NCBI RefSeq assembly: GCF_009914755.1
Contig: NC_060946.1
Direction: 5' to 3' (one strand)
DNA from: the human T2T-CHM13v2.0 reference genome, Homo sapiens
DNA: 64,000 nt
The notes below the pieces were generated by a model that did not search any database, was not told the origin of the DNA, and saw nothing but the letters and a program-made list of their open reading frames with translations. The stretch's first letter is position 1; every line of letters starts with the position of its first letter. Both the position numbers and the translations under genes were made by a program. Positions 62,756 to 64,000 of this stretch are shown here, piece after piece.

Positions 62756-64000
62756 ATACAGTAACTTTGAAGTTTACAGCTGTGCACACATGTATAGCTG
62801 GACACATTTATTCCTGTTTCAGGTTTCCTTAACCAAGAAGGAAAACTACCAGGCTAGCTTTATCAGTTGTGATACTTAACACTTGAAAGACGCAGATATC
62901 TCATATCTGTGTCCTATTACTGCAGTTGAAAAGTTACAACTTCACAAGCACAAAATGATTTCATGAACACTTTACTTCTTTTTTCACGTAATGTATTTTC
63001 CCTGTTCTGAATGCAACACCTCTTTTAAGTAGTGCTCCTTGGCACTTTTGAGAAATTGCTCATCTATCAGGAATGACCAGGGTAAGTGAGAAATTCTTAA
63101 ACTTGGTCATCTTGATATAAGGGAATTAATAGCTGCGAGTTTGGCATCATAAAACATTGATGATGGCAAGCTTGGAAAGGCCTGTGCTGGCTCGTTTAAT
63201 TGTAACAGGAAACCCAGGCACACTCACCACACACTAGAACGAGGTTAGCCACAGAGGCAGGTATATGTGACCAGCTGTGAACTTGGAGACCAGAGAATGC
63301 ACAGATAATCCAATCGCTAAAGTTTTTGTTGTTTTTTTAACCACTATCATTTCTTTTCAGAATTGCTAATAATTAGCAAAATGGACCAATGTAAGTTCCA
63401 TTTCCATAAATAAAAGTATGATTAGGGCAACAGCTTCTTATTAAGGGCAGAAGAAAAGAGCTCCTGCTTGCCATGTGTCACCCTCTGCTCGGAGTTCCAT
63501 ATTCTCACCTGACTTGGTTTTTCATGGCAGCATGCAGTGCTAGTAAGTAGATGATTTCATAGACGAGATGAGCTGAGCTGGCACAGGCACATAACGTGCC
63601 CAGACATTTTGAAGCTGGGATTGGGATCCTGGCCTGACTGCAGAGCAAAATACACCATTTGGTGCATCCTGGCACCGGCCCACATGTGTGGCTCTGCAGA
63701 GAGGCAGCGGGCTTTTCTCATCTCTGCCCCCGTCCGCCGCTTCTCATTCCACCCCCACACTCCCTGGAAGAACAGGACCCAGAGTAACCCTGCATGTGCT
63801 CGGGCTCCTAGAGTGGGGCTGAGCAGCTTTCTGTCCCACTGAGCCTCCCTTTCCAGGTTGGGGCAGGCAAGTGGATTCGACAGGCTGCCAGAAGACTGCA
63901 AGGTCATTGGGAGTTTTAATCTGTGACTGTGTCATGAAGGACATTTGTACTCGAATTCATGGAGTGCCACTCCTGATGGGAGAGGAGGCCCATGACAGTG

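Overview
Human (primate) genomic DNA, Alu-dense and GC-rich, recognisable as the UPK3A-FAM118A interval of 22q13.31. It contains the complete six-exon UPK3A gene (+ strand, CDS 14221..24946, 864 nt, 287 aa, CpG-island promoter, AATAAA at 25078). It also contains the 5' part of FAM118A (+ strand): CpG-island promoter at about 38.3-40.0 kb and five coding exons at 51610..61610 (codons 1-312), with the 3' end beyond the window. An RPS10 processed pseudogene with target-site duplications lies at 4653..5600. The rest is Alu, L1, LTR, MER1A, VNTR and microsatellite sequence. I cannot support a wholly new gene system here. The most notable items are: (1) a complex local rearrangement about 1-4 kb upstream of UPK3A, made of ~540-bp, ~97% identical inverted repeats around an apparently inverted ~2-kb segment that holds a 304-nt polypurine tract and an Alu split by a templated 57-bp fold-back; (2) FAM118A's zinc-finger-less Sir2-like domain, resembling bacterial anti-phage SIR2 NADases; (3) splice-site oddities in FAM118A (a NAGNAG acceptor and a duplicated in-frame donor); (4) a MIR-derived 33-bp VNTR that arrays GRHL-type motifs. 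Repeat-family names and reference alleles are from memory and need RepeatMasker or alignment confirmation. Repeat boundaries are approximate.
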